From NCBI GenBank assembly GCA_031962025.1, contig JAVRKW010000005.1: a stretch of 64,000 nucleotides of DNA. The stretch is one strand, 5' to 3'. The position numbers and the translations under genes are program-made. Source of the stretch: Pseudothermotoga sp. Its GTDB lineage: Bacteria; Thermotogota; Thermotogae; Thermotogales; DSM-5069. Numbering within the stretch: the stretch's first letter is position 1; every line of letters starts with the position of its first letter. The notes under the pieces are model-generated. The model was given only the letters and a program-made list of their open reading frames with translations. It did not search any database and had not been told where the DNA came from. Of the stretch, positions 9,840 through 18,323 are shown one piece after another.

Positions 9840-12154
9840 CCCGCACCTCCCTTCACGAGTTTTTTGCACAGTTCCAGCGCCTGAACGGCGTCCTTAGCAT
9901 ACATAACACCAAATCGATCGGCAAGTTGCTGGTTCATGGACGCTCCTCCAGCCAGCAGAAAAACGTTGATGTTTTCCGATCTCAACAGATCTGCAACTTC
10001 TTTCACCTGACCGACAGTCGTGGTCATCATGGCAGAAAGCCCGACTATGTCCGGTTTGTATTTTTTACATTCCATCAAGATTCTTTCGGCTGACACATCC
10101 TTCCCCAGATCGTTTACCTCAAACCCACCACTTCTCAGAACTGTCGCAACGATCTTCTTACCAATATCGTGTATATCTCCCTGGACAGTTGCAAGAAGCA
10201 CCTTTCCGAGTTTGATCTGTGATTCACCGAGCAGGTTGTTCAAGTAATCAAAAGCAGGTTGCACCGTTTCTGCAGCCAAAATCAGATGCGGTAAGTAAAT
10301 ACTTCCATTCGCATAAAGCATTCCTATCTTTTTCATCGCTTCCGCAAGAATTTGCTGGCTGATGTATAAAGGATCATGCTGCTTTAAAAGTTCCTGGACG
10401 ATGCTCATCAATTGTTCTTTCTGTCCTTTAATGATGAGATCCACCAGTGGGTCCTGTGGAACATCAGAAGGTCTCACGAGTTCTTTTCCCTGTAAAGAAA
10501 GAGCACCCTGCAAGATATTCATCGTGAGAATTTCTTTGCTGTTGAGTATGGCGGCACTCAAACCATTTTCAATGCAAAGTGCGAGAAAGGCGGCGTTTAT
10601 GTATTCTCTATTCGGCATGCCAAAACTCAAATTTGAAAGACCAATTGAAGACTTCAAACCAGCTTTGTGAATGAGATTTATCGTTTCCAGGGTCGTGTGA
10701 TAATCGTTTTTTGCCCCTATAGGTAAAACAAGTGGATCAAAATAAACCCGATCAAGTTCCACTTTGTGCTCTTGGAGAATTTTCACGGCTTTCAGTACCA
10801 GTTGAAATCTTTCCTGTGCTGTTTTTGGCACATCCTTTTCCATGGCAAGTACTATTAACAACCCACCGTATCTTTTCAGTAGATTTATCCTCTCTATTAG
10901 ATGATCCTGCCTTGCAAAAGCAGAGTTGATCAACCCTCTACCGACGTATTCTCTCATTGCAGCATCAAGGAAGTTGAGATTTTGTATATCAAAGGAGACT
11001 GGTAAACAGGAGTGTCTGTCCAGTTGAATAATCGCCTGCTGAAAATGTTCTTTGCTCAAGAGTTTTTCGATACCGAAATTGACATCTATTGCCGTACAGC
11101 CTTCTTCTTCCTGCTGGTGAGCAAGAGTCAAAACGCCGGAAAAATCCTTCTGCTGGATCTGAGCCTGGAGTTTTTTCTTCCCGCTTGCGTTTATTCTTTC
11201 TCCTATTATAAGAAAGGGGTCTATCGGTTTTAAAATAGTCCTGGAAGAAAGATACTGAACATTGGTTACTTCTCTTTTCTTGGGCTTTTGTGTTCCTATA
11301 TACCTGGTCATGACTTTTATGTGATCTGGACCGGTGCCACAGCAACCGCCGACGATATTGGCACCAAGTTGAACAAAGTCTGCCATGTAAATTGCAAATT
11401 CCTCTGGAGTGGTTCTGTAAGAAAGCTTTCCATTTTCCAAAACAGGCTTTCCTGCATTCGGCTCAACGCTCAGAGGTTTTTTGCAGTATTTGGCGAGCTT
11501 CGAAAAAACTGAAAGCATTTGTTTTGGTTCAAGTGAGCAGTTTATGCCGACCACATCGACATCGAGATCGTTCATGAGTGTAGCGAAAATTTCAACAGAC
11601 GTTCCTGTGACGGATTTTCCATCTTCCTCAAAGGTCATGTGTGCAATCAACGGGATATCATCTGACAGATCTCTTACAGCAAGTATGGCGGCTTTGAGTT
11701 CTTTCAAATCGGACATAGTTTCAATGATGATCCCATCCACACCTGCCTCAATGAGAACCGACGCCTGCTCTTTGAAAGTTTCATAAGCCTGATCGAAGCT
11801 GATCTCACCAAAAGGTTCAACAAAACTGCCTGTTGATGATATGTCTCCAAAAACAAGCCGTCCTGCGGACACCGATTTTGCTATTTGAACTGCCCTGTGA
11901 TTTATTTTCTCAAACTCTGTTTCAAAACCGTGTGCTTTCAATTTCATCCTGTTGGCACTGAAAGTATTCGTGAGCAAAATGTCTGCACCGGCTTGAATGT
12001 AATCGCGTTGAAGTTTTTCAACGACCTCTGGTTTGCTTATGTTCAGTAATTCTATTAGTTCCCTGAAACCTCTTTTGAAAAATTCCGTGCCATAAGCACC
12101 GTCTAAAAACAAAACTCTTTCATTTAACATCTGAAGAAATTCATTTCTTTTCAT
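9836..12154 (-). CDS. metH: Cobalamin-dependent methionine synthase (Hcy, pterin and B12 domains; no reactivation domain)
   Basis: LDGAYGT, GINC, GGCCGT, IIGERIN and GDIHDIGK motifs. Confidence 0.95.
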   Translation of the reverse strand: MKRNEFLQMLNERVLFLDGAYGTEFFKRGFRELIELLNISKPEVVEKLQRDYIQAGADILLTNTFSANRMKLKAHGFETEFEKINHRAVQIAKSVSAGRLVFGDISSTGSFVEPFGEISFDQAYETFKEQASVLIEAGVDGIIIETMSDLKELKAAILAVRDLSDDIPLIAHMTFEEDGKSVTGTSVEIFATLMNDLDVDVVGINCSLEPKQMLSVFSKLAKYCKKPLSVEPNAGKPVLENGKLSYRTTPEEFAIYMADFVQLGANIVGGCCGTGPDHIKVMTRYIGTQKPKKREVTNVQYLSSRTILKPIDPFLIIGERINASGKKKLQAQIQQKDFSGVLTLAHQQEEEGCTAIDVNFGIEKLLSKEHFQQAIIQLDRHSCLPVSFDIQNLNFLDAAMREYVGRGLINSAFARQDHLIERINLLKRYGGLLIVLAMEKDVPKTAQERFQLVLKAVKILQEHKVELDRVYFDPLVLPIGAKNDYHTTLETINLIHKAGLKSSIGLSNLSFGMPNREYINAAFLALCIENGLSAAILNSKEILTMNILQGALSLQGKELVRPSDVPQDPLVDLIIKGQKEQLMSIVQELLKQHDPLYISQQILAEAMKKIGMLYANGSIYLPHLILAAETVQPAFDYLNNLLGESQIKLGKVLLATVQGDIHDIGKKIVATVLRSGGFEVNDLGKDVSAERILMECKKYKPDIVGLSAMMTTTVGQVKEVADLLRSENINVFLLAGGASMNQQLADRFGVMYAKDAVQALELCKKLVKGGAG

Positions 12155-12707
12155 AGAACCACCCTATCATGCAGGTTGTAGTTTTTCTTGGAATCATGAC
12201 TCCACTTTCCAGAACTCTCACACGATCAACCTTTAAAAGTTCTTCCACCAAGTATTTGTTTGTTCTCAGATCTATATCCCCATAGCCCGGAGAAAAGCGC
12301 ATAGTCCCTTCACCGAACCTTTCTCTGAGTGACTGGTCGAACCTCTCATTGAGCGTTTCAAGAGCTTCAGATGCCCATGAGTCAACTATAAAGGCATCAA
12401 AAGTTCTCTGTTGATCTGCCAGTTGTGATATCAAAAGGTCTATTTCTGAGCCAAGTGTGGAGAGAAATATTGTCATCTTTTTGATGTTCTTAAAACTCGA
12501 TGGAATGATTTGTATGGGTAATTCAAAAACATCAAAGGTGTTGTAATAAACGACAGGTTGTATTTTATCCAGTGCGATCAAAAACAACTGGTTGACGCGA
12601 TGTATGAAATATTCGTCAATCTTTCCATATCTTGCTCCTGCCCTTGCTAAGAAAATCTTTTTGTCTGGCATACAATCCAATCGATCTGGATGAAATACTT
12701 CGCTCAC
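12141..12707 (-). CDS. Stand-alone methionine synthase reactivation (AdoMet-binding) domain
   Basis: STLGS, RFSPGYGD and MIPRKT motifs; directly upstream of metH, as in the split Thermotoga enzyme. Confidence 0.85.
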   Translation of the reverse strand: MSEVFHPDRLDCMPDKKIFLARAGARYGKIDEYFIHRVNQLFLIALDKIQPVVYYNTFDVFELPIQIIPSSFKNIKKMTIFLSTLGSEIDLLISQLADQQRTFDAFIVDSWASEALETLNERFDQSLRERFGEGTMRFSPGYGDIDLRTNKYLVEELLKVDRVRVLESGVMIPRKTTTCMIGWFYEKK

Positions 12708-12727
12708 CCTTCTCCCTCCAGAAACTT

Positions 12728-12759
12728 AAAAAAAAGGCGTTTCCATTTTTGGAAACGCC
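12728..12759 (-). terminator. Intrinsic terminator in the met operon leader (attenuator)
   Basis: mRNA GGCGUUUCCA-AAAA-UGGAAACGCC followed by U8, ending ~20 nt before the first operon start codon. Confidence 0.9.
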
Positions 12760-12782
12760 CCTGTTATTATCTCCAAGCACGA

Positions 12783-12875
12783 CTAAAAGCCTGGAGATAT
12801 TCCAGGGGCATGAATGCACATTATCATAGCCATCACGCTGTTTTTGAGTTGAATCAACATGCTATGATTTCTCAT
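12783..12875 (-). CDS. Putative Met-rich attenuation leader peptide MRNHSMLIQLKNSVMAMIMCIHAPGISPGF*
   Basis: GGAGG (12883-12887) 7 nt upstream of ATG; 5 Met in 30 codons with an M-A-M-I-M-C cluster; 3' part overlaps the antiterminator arm. Confidence 0.75.
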   Translation of the reverse strand: MRNHSMLIQLKNSVMAMIMCIHAPGISPGF

Positions 12876-12901
12876 TGCAAAACCTCCACTTTGTTTTACT
12901 T

Positions 12902-12907
12902 ATTATA
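12902..12907 (-). promoter_or_regulatory. Probable -10 box of the met operon promoter
   Basis: TATAAT on the minus strand ~15 nt upstream of the leader RBS in AT-rich DNA; no clear -35. Confidence 0.5.
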
Positions 12908-13038
12908 TATGCCAAAAAATTACGCTTTTATTTTTGAAAGGTAAAAAATAAATAGCATGGGCATTTTTAAAGCCTTTTCCTTCTCTTAGTACTTTTGAAA
13001 AAATGCAAATGAGATAATGGTGAATGAGGTGAGATTAA

Positions 13039-13722
13039 TTGGGCAATTTCCTCTTCATGGGACTTGAATACATCGTTTCATGTTTAACGGTGTTGTTTGC
13101 CATAAGATTTCTGAAGAAAGAGGGATTGTACGTAGCACTTGCAACTTTGATAGTCGCATCGAATTTAGGGGTGGCAAAACTCTTTAATCTTTTCAGCCTT
13201 GAAGTGACAGCCGCAAACATGAGCATGGGTATGGCTTTTGCTGTTTATTCCATTATCACAGAAGTCTATGGACAGAAAGAAGGAAGAAAAGCCGTATGGA
13301 TAGGCTTCTTTGCCCAGTTTGTTTTTGTGATTCTTGGACTTGTATATGTGGGATACACTCCCTCTTCAAATGACATAGCGCAGAGTTATCTTTCAAGTGC
13401 CTTTGCCTTTACACCGAGAATAGCCTTTGCCAGCTGGACTGCTTATATACTTTCAGGATACTTCGCCGTCTGGGTGCATGATAAGCTGAGAACAAGAACA
13501 AAACTGTGGATGAGAAACAATATTGCAACAAAACTTGGACAAATCTTGGACAATCTCGTTTTCGTAACCATTGCATTCGCGGGTGTGTACGATCTTAAAA
13601 CATTGATCGATATATACATTACAACAACGATCATCGAGTTTGCTTTAGACTACGTTGACACATGGGTTGTTTATGCAGGTGTATCTATGCTGAAAAAAGA
13701 TTTAGCCATTGCAAAAAACTGA
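13039..13722 (+). CDS. Queuosine precursor transporter (YhhQ/VUT family)
   Basis: ITEVYG...RKAVWIGF, PRIAFASWTAY and LWMRNNIATKLGQILD motifs; hydrophobic. Confidence 0.85.
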   Translation: MGNFLFMGLEYIVSCLTVLFAIRFLKKEGLYVALATLIVASNLGVAKLFNLFSLEVTAANMSMGMAFAVYSIITEVYGQKEGRKAVWIGFFAQFVFVILGLVYVGYTPSSNDIAQSYLSSAFAFTPRIAFASWTAYILSGYFAVWVHDKLRTRTKLWMRNNIATKLGQILDNLVFVTIAFAGVYDLKTLIDIYITTTIIEFALDYVDTWVVYAGVSMLKKDLAIAKN

Positions 13723-13744
13723 ATATTTTTCTGGAGGTGAGATA

Positions 13745-14305
13745 ATGAAAACACACCAGCAGTATCTGGTGAGAGAAAATGTCTGGTACAGGATTGTGGC
13801 AACGCTGACCTTTACTGTCTTGACAGGCATTGCGGCTCAGATAAGAATTCCTCTTCCTTTCAGCCCGGTGCCAGTTACGGGACAGACTTTTGTGGTTTTA
13901 CTTGCTCCACTTTTGATCAACAAACTGGCAGTTTTCAGTCAGATTTTTTACGTATTACTCGGTGTACTCGGTATTCCATGGTTTTCTTCAAGAAGCGCTG
14001 GACTTAACGCATTGATTGGTCCAACAGGTGGTTATCTGATAGGGTTTATCTTTGCATCGTTGTTCATCAGTTACGCTTTAAGATCAAAGAAACTCAACAC
14101 TACCATCGTACTCTTGATCGCCAATTTTGGTGTCATATACGGTTTTGGATTGACACAGCTTTATCTGTGGTTTTTGGCAAAGGGAGTTCACCTTGGTCTT
14201 TTAAAATTGCTTTCAATGGGATTGTTCCCATTCATACCTGGCGATCTGTTGAAAATCTCTCTGGCTGTTGGAACTCACTGCGCTTTTAGGAAAATCACAA
14301 AGTGA
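13745..14305 (+). CDS. bioY: Biotin transporter BioY (ECF S component)
   Basis: PVPVTGQTF, GPTGGYLIGF and PFIPGDLLK motifs; RBS GGAGGTGA before ATG 13745. Confidence 0.92.
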   Translation: MKTHQQYLVRENVWYRIVATLTFTVLTGIAAQIRIPLPFSPVPVTGQTFVVLLAPLLINKLAVFSQIFYVLLGVLGIPWFSSRSAGLNALIGPTGGYLIGFIFASLFISYALRSKKLNTTIVLLIANFGVIYGFGLTQLYLWFLAKGVHLGLLKLLSMGLFPFIPGDLLKISLAVGTHCAFRKITK

Positions 14306-14323
14306 ACCCCTTAGGGGTTCACT
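14301..14323. terminator. Perfect hairpin between convergent bioY and rubredoxin genes
   Basis: AGTGAACCCC-TTA-GGGGTTCACT, 10-bp perfect stem; only short pyrimidine tails. Confidence 0.6.
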
Positions 14324-14483
14324 CTTCTACTGGTTCGAAGTCTTCCTTGGAAGCGCCGCATACCGGGCATACCCAATCATCGGGAAGATCTTCAAATGGG
14401 GTTCCTGCAGGAATATCGCTGTCTGGATCTCCTTCAGCAGGATCATAGACATACCCACAAATTATGCACCTGTACTTTTGCAT
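14319..14483 (-). CDS. Rubredoxin (54 aa)
   Basis: [54 protein letters not shown]; two CxxCG knuckles; below the ORF-track length cutoff. Confidence 0.97.
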   Translation of the reverse strand: MQKYRCIICGYVYDPAEGDPDSDIPAGTPFEDLPDDWVCPVCGASKEDFEPVEE

Positions 14484-14600
14484 CCTCATTCCCCCTTTTG
14501 AGTTTAACGAAGGTATATGAAATCTCGTATTGAGATTTTACCACATTTTGGTTGTTCTCAAAACCGGTCTTTGGATTTATACTCTAACTGGTGGTGAAAA

Positions 14601-15782
14601 ATGGAGATAGAGAAAATCACCGATGATCTTTTCAAACCCGATTATGAGAGATTTTCTCTTGTGAATGTTTCAAATTCGATTTTGGCTCATTTTGGTTGCC
14701 AGACATATCATTCTGTTTATCCTTTTGAGAAATTCCTGCCCGGTTTATTTGAAAACATCGACAAAGTCATCGTTTTTCTGATAGATGCACTTGGACTACA
14801 CAGTTTGCAAAAAATACTCCAGAAAGCGGATTTTTTTGATCAAAAAAACATCTTGCAGGCAACCTCTGTTTTTCCCACAACGACAAGTGCTTCTATTGCG
14901 TCACTTTTAACTGCATCAACACCCATTGAACATGGTATTTTGGGGTATATTCTGTACTTAAAAGAACTTGGGGCTCTTGTGAATATGATAGAACTGTCTT
15001 CACCAACACTTGGCAAAGTCTCGTCGAATTTTTCCTCTAATCAGATTCTTTTATCCGAGACGATCTTTGAAAAACTTCTCAGTGTAGGAGTCAGGGGGTG
15101 TGTACTCACCTCGAAGAACATACGCGGCTCTGGCTTTTCAAATTTGGTCCATACGGGAGCTTCGGTGAGAAGTTATCAGAGCTTTGGAGATCTTTTTTTC
15201 AAGTTGAGGGAAATGCTTCAAGAAGATGGTAAGATTTTTGGCTTTGTCTACTGGGGATTGCTCGACTCAATTGGACACAAGATGGGGGTCAACTCGAAGG
15301 CATTCGAGAGCGAACTGTATTGGCTTTTAAAGATGATTCAACAAGAAGTGATCTTTGATCTGAAAAACGACACTTTGTTGATCATAATGGGAGATCATGG
15401 TCAGATTGAAACGCCATGGGAAAACGAGATCTGGTGGTCATGGAAAGACGAAATCTCAACTTTTTTCACCGTTCCACCTGGTGGGGAGATGCGGATGATG
15501 CATCTATATACCCATCAACCAGAAGAAGTGATAAAATACATTCAAACGGTGTACAAAAACCAGGCAATAGCTTTGACAAAAGACCAGGCTGTGGGGATGA
15601 ATTTGTTCGGTAGTAATTCGAAAAAAGAGAGTTTGGAAAGAATTGGTGACGTCGTTTTGATAGCAAGATCTAATTACTCTTTTTATTTCAAGTTCACGGG
15701 CAGAGAAGAGAGTTTAAAATCAAAGCACGGCAGCCTGAGTCCTGATGAACTGATCATACCCCTTGTGGTTTTCAGGAGGTGA
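14601..15782 (+). CDS. Alkaline phosphatase superfamily (type I phosphodiesterase/nucleotide pyrophosphatase)
   Basis: LIDALG, SVFPTTT, DSIGH, GDHG and KHGSL motifs. Confidence 0.88.
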   Translation: MEIEKITDDLFKPDYERFSLVNVSNSILAHFGCQTYHSVYPFEKFLPGLFENIDKVIVFLIDALGLHSLQKILQKADFFDQKNILQATSVFPTTTSASIASLLTASTPIEHGILGYILYLKELGALVNMIELSSPTLGKVSSNFSSNQILLSETIFEKLLSVGVRGCVLTSKNIRGSGFSNLVHTGASVRSYQSFGDLFFKLREMLQEDGKIFGFVYWGLLDSIGHKMGVNSKAFESELYWLLKMIQQEVIFDLKNDTLLIIMGDHGQIETPWENEIWWSWKDEISTFFTVPPGGEMRMMHLYTHQPEEVIKYIQTVYKNQAIALTKDQAVGMNLFGSNSKKESLERIGDVVLIARSNYSFYFKFTGREESLKSKHGSLSPDELIIPLVVFRR

Positions 15783-15786
15783 TTAA

Positions 15787-16236
15787 TTCTTACTGAAAAG
15801 TCCAACTTATGGTATTGTTGATGTTGAAAGAGCAAAACAGATCATCCACAGTTTCAAAGAACACAGCCCATTTAAGATATATATCGGAACTGATAGTGAT
15901 GCACGAGATGGCGTTGTCACTTTTGCAACGGTCCTGATAGTTTACAAAATTGGCGCCGGGGCAACCTATCTATATACCCTTCGAAAGGAACACAAGCACT
16001 ACGATATGTTCACAAGACTTTTTCAGGAGACATATTTGAGTTTGGAGATGGCTACATTTGCGAGAGAAATATTCGATTTGAAAAATCCAGAGATACACAT
16101 AGATGTCGGTTATGATGGAGCCAGCAGAGATGTACTATCAAGTGTTGTTGGTTATGTGAAAGGAATGGGATATTCCTACAAACTCAAACCATGGGCTTTT
16201 GCGGCAACAAAAATTGCACACCGACACACAAAGTAA
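15787..16236 (+). CDS. RNase H-like YkuK family protein (start codon uncertain)
   Basis: Open frame from 15787 FLLKSPTYG...IYIGTDS...RLFQETYLS...IHIDVG...KPWAFAATKIAHRHTK; no ATG/GTG/TTG before 16006. Confidence 0.8.
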   Translation, partial: FLLKSPTYGIVDVERAKQIIHSFKEHSPFKIYIGTDSDARDGVVTFATVLIVYKIGAGATYLYTLRKEHKHYDMFTRLFQETYLSLEMATFAREIFDLKNPEIHIDVGYDGASRDVLSSVVGYVKGMGYSYKLKPWAFAATKIAHRHTK

Positions 16237-16265
16237 GGTGTAAAATATATAAGGGGGTTGTCGGT

Positions 16266-16727
16266 ATGTACAGAATCTGTTTTGTTGTTCTTATCGTTGT
16301 TTTCATACTCAGTGGATGTCTTTCTCTACTTGAGCTAAATATCACGAAGTTTTCTGAACAAATAGTCAAAGACATCAACGATTATCTTCAAAAAAAAGTG
16401 GATGCAGATTATCTTGTAAGCCATTATGTCCATATAACTGAGCCTGCAACATATACAGATGCGAGATACTTTGGAAAGAAGTTGATAGATGATTTGACTG
16501 ACAGTGCAAGCAATATCAGTCTAATTTCCTTTGGAGATAGCGGGTTGAAATCTTTTGAATTAAAACAACCTCCCCAGTGGGTAGAAAAAGTGTATATCTT
16601 GAGCCTTATGGTAGATATGACCAGAACAATTTCATGCCCGATGCTTTTGATAGAAGGTAAGCCTTATTTGTTGACAGTATACGCTTCCGGAACAGATATC
16701 ATTTCCTATCCTTTGTTAGGGGAGTGA
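16266..16727 (+). CDS. Hypothetical lipoprotein
   Basis: Signal peptide with lipobox LSGC. Confidence 0.65.
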   Translation: MYRICFVVLIVVFILSGCLSLLELNITKFSEQIVKDINDYLQKKVDADYLVSHYVHITEPATYTDARYFGKKLIDDLTDSASNISLISFGDSGLKSFELKQPPQWVEKVYILSLMVDMTRTISCPMLLIEGKPYLLTVYASGTDIISYPLLGE

Positions 16728-16732
16728 TATTG

Positions 16733-17434
16733 ATGAAAAAGTTTTTGATGATCTGTGCGGTGCTTTTACCAATTATCGCTCTTGGAGCAAATTATGGTCT
16801 TTATCATGATTCAACACCAAATAGAAGTACTGCCGTGATGATCTCAAATTTGAGTGATGAGAATGCGTACTTTAGAGTGCTGGTCTATGACTGTGAAGGA
16901 AAGGAAATATGGAAAGAAACTTTCAAATCAAAACCATACGAAACAGTTTACGTGGACCTTGCACAGAAAATACCGCAGAGCGACAAGAACTGGGGACTGG
17001 TACTGGTTCAGTGTGATCAACTGCTTTACATTTCAGTTCTTTACATGTATGGAGAGATGCTCTTTTGCCGAAATCACGTGATAGAACCTGTGCAAATCTC
17101 TTCAGATGCCAAATACTACTGGTATGGTGTAAACTACACGAATTTCGGCAGTTCAGGAACCGCTTTCTGTCTGATGAATACTTCCACCAAAGAAAGCGAA
17201 GTTTATATCAGGGTGTATGATTATACAGGAAGCGTTGTAGATGAACTGTCTGGGACTATATCGGCAAAAGCTTCAGCCTATGTGGATCTGGCAAAGGAAC
17301 TGAGCAGTCAAACCTCTGGAGTAATTGATATCAGATCTACTGAGCCGATAATCATCGGTGTGGAGTATTATCAGAGCGATGAGATCTGGATAGTAGAGAA
17401 CATCGTTGATTGGTATACGACAACAAGTTGGTGA
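16733..17434 (+). CDS. Secreted hypothetical protein with internal two-domain repeat; paralog of 50799-51500
   Basis: MKKFL signal peptide; close similarity to the 50799 ORF. Confidence 0.75.
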   Translation: MKKFLMICAVLLPIIALGANYGLYHDSTPNRSTAVMISNLSDENAYFRVLVYDCEGKEIWKETFKSKPYETVYVDLAQKIPQSDKNWGLVLVQCDQLLYISVLYMYGEMLFCRNHVIEPVQISSDAKYYWYGVNYTNFGSSGTAFCLMNTSTKESEVYIRVYDYTGSVVDELSGTISAKASAYVDLAKELSSQTSGVIDIRSTEPIIIGVEYYQSDEIWIVENIVDWYTTTSW

Positions 17435-17450
17435 AAGCTGGAGGGATTTT

Positions 17451-18323
17451 ATGAAAAAATTTCTTGTTTTGATTTCGTTGCTTGTTACCATACTGGTCAG
17501 CGCAGGTTATGTTGTGGTAGTTAAAACTGAACCTTTTGCCAGTGTGTATATAAATGGAGTATATGCGGGTATTTCTGATATAAACGGTCTTTTACAGATA
17601 ACTCTGAGCACATCGGGAGAGCATAGAATAACCGTCAGCAAGAGCTGGTATCTTGTCTTTGATGGGATGGTATATGTTTCTCAACCAGGTCAGGTTGTTT
17701 TTTATGCACCGCTGAGTAGAGCGGGAAGCTTGAGAATTTATTCCAACGTATATCCAGTCGAGTTGTATTCACAGGAAAGATTCCTTGGCAGGGTGGACAG
17801 TGTGAAAGATACCGTTTACGTTCCCGAAGGAAGTGTCTATATCACTTTTAAAGCCAGTGGATACATACCTGAAACCCGTCTTTTGAATATCTCTTATCTG
17901 AAGGAAACAAGTGTGAATATAAATCTGGTAGAAGAAGCCCTGTCGATAAATTTGAAGGTGGAACCGAAAGAATTTTCTCCGAATGGTGACTGGTACAACG
18001 ATTACACAACTTTCTATGTATATCTTTCAAAACCAGCTCAATTGACGATCAGCGTTGTTGACAACAATCAGAACACAGTCTGGCAGTGGAGTGGAAAAGG
18101 TAAAGCCGGTTCAAATCAGCTTTCGTGGGATGGGAAAGGCATACCAGATGGAGATTATACGGTCAAAGCCGTTGCTCAAACTGATAAGGAGACTTTTGTT
18201 GCAACCGATCTTGTGAGGATAGACAGATCTCATTACACCAATACAAAAGAGATAATCCTGACAACAACATTCGTGGCTGTTGGGGCTCTGATATTCATGT
18301 TTTTGATCTCATCAGGTTTATGA
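17451..18323 (+). CDS. Surface protein with PEGA-like and FlgD Ig-like domains and C-terminal membrane anchor
   Basis: Signal peptide; TEPFASVYING (PEGA-like); FSPNGD...WDGK.IPDGDYT (FlgD_ig-like); hydrophobic tail. Confidence 0.75.
   Translation: MKKFLVLISLLVTILVSAGYVVVVKTEPFASVYINGVYAGISDINGLLQITLSTSGEHRITVSKSWYLVFDGMVYVSQPGQVVFYAPLSRAGSLRIYSNVYPVELYSQERFLGRVDSVKDTVYVPEGSVYITFKASGYIPETRLLNISYLKETSVNINLVEEALSINLKVEPKEFSPNGDWYNDYTTFYVYLSKPAQLTISVVDNNQNTVWQWSGKGKAGSNQLSWDGKGIPDGDYTVKAVAQTDKETFVATDLVRIDRSHYTNTKEIILTTTFVAVGALIFMFLISSGL

Noticed and set aside
12710..12900. SAM-I riboswitch or Met T-box upstream of the met operon
   Set aside because: No AUCAAGAG/GGCAACC/GUGC SAM-I core and no UGGNACC T-box bulge visible; the leader ORF and helices explain the region better
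12910..13038. preQ1 riboswitch or BirA operator upstream of the YhhQ-bioY genes
   Set aside because: No recognisable consensus; only a widely spaced AT-rich inverted repeat (GCATTTTT/AAAAATGC)
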